NCBI RefSeq assembly: GCF_004010195.1 | Contig: NC_057743.1 | Location: 34,801,877 to 34,865,876, forward strand | Origin: Chiloscyllium plagiosum | Taxonomy: Eukaryota | Direction of reading: 5' to 3' | DNA length: 64,000 nt | In this document: in pieces, positions 61,928 to 64,000 of the stretch | Layout of the letters: each line of letters begins with the position of its first letter | How positions within the stretch are numbered: the stretch's first letter is position 1 | The notes under the pieces: model-generated | The model's database searches: none | What the model saw: only the letters and a program-made list of their open reading frames with translations | What the model was told of the DNA's origin: nothing | Position numbers and translations under genes: made by a program

Positions 61928-62235
61928 GACAGGCAGGAGGTTGGAAGAACACACCAGGTCTGGCAGCATCAGCAGCTGGAGAAGTTTGAAGTTTCGGATG
62001 CAACCCTTCTTCAGGATGTTAAATCAGGATCCATTCAGTTATCAGACTCTGCCAATGCCTCAAATATAGGTAAATATATTATTGCACAAGTAAGAAATAC
62101 CTTTGGTTTAACTGTTCTGAGGAAGAGTCTCTAGACCCAAAACATTAACTCTGATTTTTCCACACAGATGCTGTCAGACCTGCTGAGTTTTTCCAGCAAT
62201 TTCTGTTTTTGTTTCTGATTTCCAGCAGTTCTTTC
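61928..62235. mobile_element. Further PLE terminal-repeat fragments: 61928-62016 (minus) and 62115-62235 (plus, family C)
   Basis: Minus strand cCTGAAGAagggttgcatccGAAAct; plus strand ttCTGAGGAagagtctctagacccaaaacattaact. Confidence 0.6.
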
Positions 62236-63864
62236 ATGTTTACCTTGGGTTTGTTTGTTGGATAGAGACAAATTCCAACATCTATTTATTCCTTCATATG
62301 CTACTGCACAGAACCAAACGGCTTTAGGGACGATGTGTGTTCTATCAAGATTTTTTTTGTGAATAAAGTAGATTTTTGAAATTAAAAGAAAACAGCCAAC
62401 TGAACTAACCCACCCTCTGCAGCTTAGCTATAACCCATTTCAGAAAGTTATAAACCTACCCTTTGGTGATTCACTTCTTTGCCTCTTGGTTTCTGGACAA
62501 TCACTATTGTTGTTTGGTGAACATACTCTTCGCTTTCCTAAAATTTCATCTGTTGCGTGGGTTGGGGGGAGGTGGGAGAGAAGAGAGCAAAGAATGGTCA
62601 TTATACTTTATCAAAGACCACCTGTACATCATTACACTATGGACTTTGTTGCCTTGCGTTGTTTATGCATCAATACTGCAAAAATTTATGACAAAGTCTT
62701 GTTGCTTTTTTTTTTACTTCTCCTTCGCTGCACCATAATTTTCCTTCCGCTGTAAATTTTGGATTCCCAACTCTTCCCCCCCCCCCCCCCCCCCCCACCA
62801 CCCCATCCCCACTCACTTCTCCTTTTTCCTTTCCTGAGCTAATTAATCCCTGTGTCTAAGCACCAGAGATCTCTAAATCAATTGAGGCAGAGAGTAGCTG
62901 AAGCGCACACGTTAAAAATAAACTGACCTTGTTTGCTATTTTGTCAGAACAAAATACTTCGCATCAGGCTGAACAACATTCGAGCAGAACGTGGACACCA
63001 CTCGCCACAAATTGCCCCGCATCTGCATAAATCAAGCTGCAAATTTTACCCATGCCTTCTCAAGATTGTTTTCAGAATCCTCCTTACTTATTTCCTTCCT
63101 CTAATCTGCTGCCTTTCCCCCTCTCTCAGCCTGCTTAGGTCTTCTCTCCTGGTTCTAAACCTCTTGTGAGTCCCATTATTTTAGTTCCACCCTCTTGTTC
63201 CCCTTAGATTCTCACTTTCCTCCTGCTGGACTATGTGGCAATGGATAATCCTTACATCCGTGGCACTCTCTCTCTCTTAACACCGACGCCAGCTTCTAAT
63301 ATACAATTACAGCGTACACTGAACAGATTTAAAATCAATATGTTCCTAATATCGTTGGTGAGACTGAAAGCATGATGCTGCATACGAACAGGAAGCAGCA
63401 GAGTGTGTGCATTTCAAACAACAAATTTTCAGCTGTCAGGTGCTTATTAACCAAACTGAGGAGACAGACACATGCAGCAACATTCATTCCTTCTGACTGA
63501 TGAATTCAGAATGCTGCAGATCACTTATTAAACCCACACCAGCCCTTCTTGCTCGCCTTCAAAGTTAAGTGTTACAATCACTGGGAAAGAAAAAGCACAG
63601 CCAGACTCTATCCCCAGCTTGTGCTGACTTAGCCCCGAGCAGCTCAGGAGGCAGCAATGTAATTGTCCTCGAGCTCCCTTAGATTACGGGAGGGTGAGGG
63701 TGGTGGAAGGGGCAGAAATAAATCTGCCTGGATTCTCACTCCTACTTTCAATCTATTAACCTTTGCTGGAGAGTGCATCAGCTTGGAAATGTGGGCAGAA
63801 ACAGGTTCGAGCCTAACCCTGGTGCCACAAATGGCCATACAGCCTGCTGAGGTTCACTGTCTTT

Positions 63865-64000
63865 CATGGAATCATAGGACCCCTGCAGTGTGGAAGATGG
63901 CCACTCAGCCCTTCGAGTCTACACTGACCCTCCAAAGAGCATCCCACCCAGACTCACCCTTCTACTCTATGTCTGTAACCCATGGCTCATCCAACTGCAC
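63865..64000 (-). mobile_element. HE1-type SINE 3' part, running off the window
   Basis: cagtgtggaagatggccactcagccc...ccctccaaagagcatcccacccagac. Confidence 0.8.

Larger units (their letters stand above)
60940..62392 (+). mobile_element. Tx1/L1-clade LINE 3' end, split by PLE insertions
   Basis: 60940-61130 encodes INTVKNVLWS...KVQDYVLRDELKLRTAVTKAQWGKTIV*; the 3' UTR ends with gaataaagtagatttttgaaattaaaagaaaa at 62361-62392. Confidence 0.65.

Overview
Eukaryotic, repeat-dense genomic DNA that looks like a cartilaginous fish (shark), judged from the many HE1-type tRNA SINEs, CR1/HER1-type LINE 3' ends, Deu-domain SINEs and L2 tails. Only one host coding exon is confidently recognisable: a 162-nt minus-strand exon (38092-38253; EKCHTPLIEDQIMQMTPEEHYRRMMSALNEHGTYEEQQQRLYQLANSMGVPTHG) resembling vertebrate SAMD11, so the window is probably mostly intronic. 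Most ORFs in the track are repeat-derived or spurious. The most striking non-coding signal is about 20 Penelope-like (PLE) fragments from at least four families. Many carry a minimal hammerhead-ribozyme core (CUGANGA-stem II-GAAA-palindromic stem III), are often arranged as fold-back palindromes, and are flanked by 7-17 bp target-site duplications. Other candidates are an alternative ATG-containing first exon of SAMD11 (about 2018-2180) next to a CpG-rich region with CRX-like motifs, a possible short exon with three tandem donors, a ~370-bp inverted repeat 150 bp from the SAMD11 exon, and a 15-bp minisatellite open on both strands. Repeat boundaries were read by eye and are approximate; family names come from recalled consensus sequences, not database searches.
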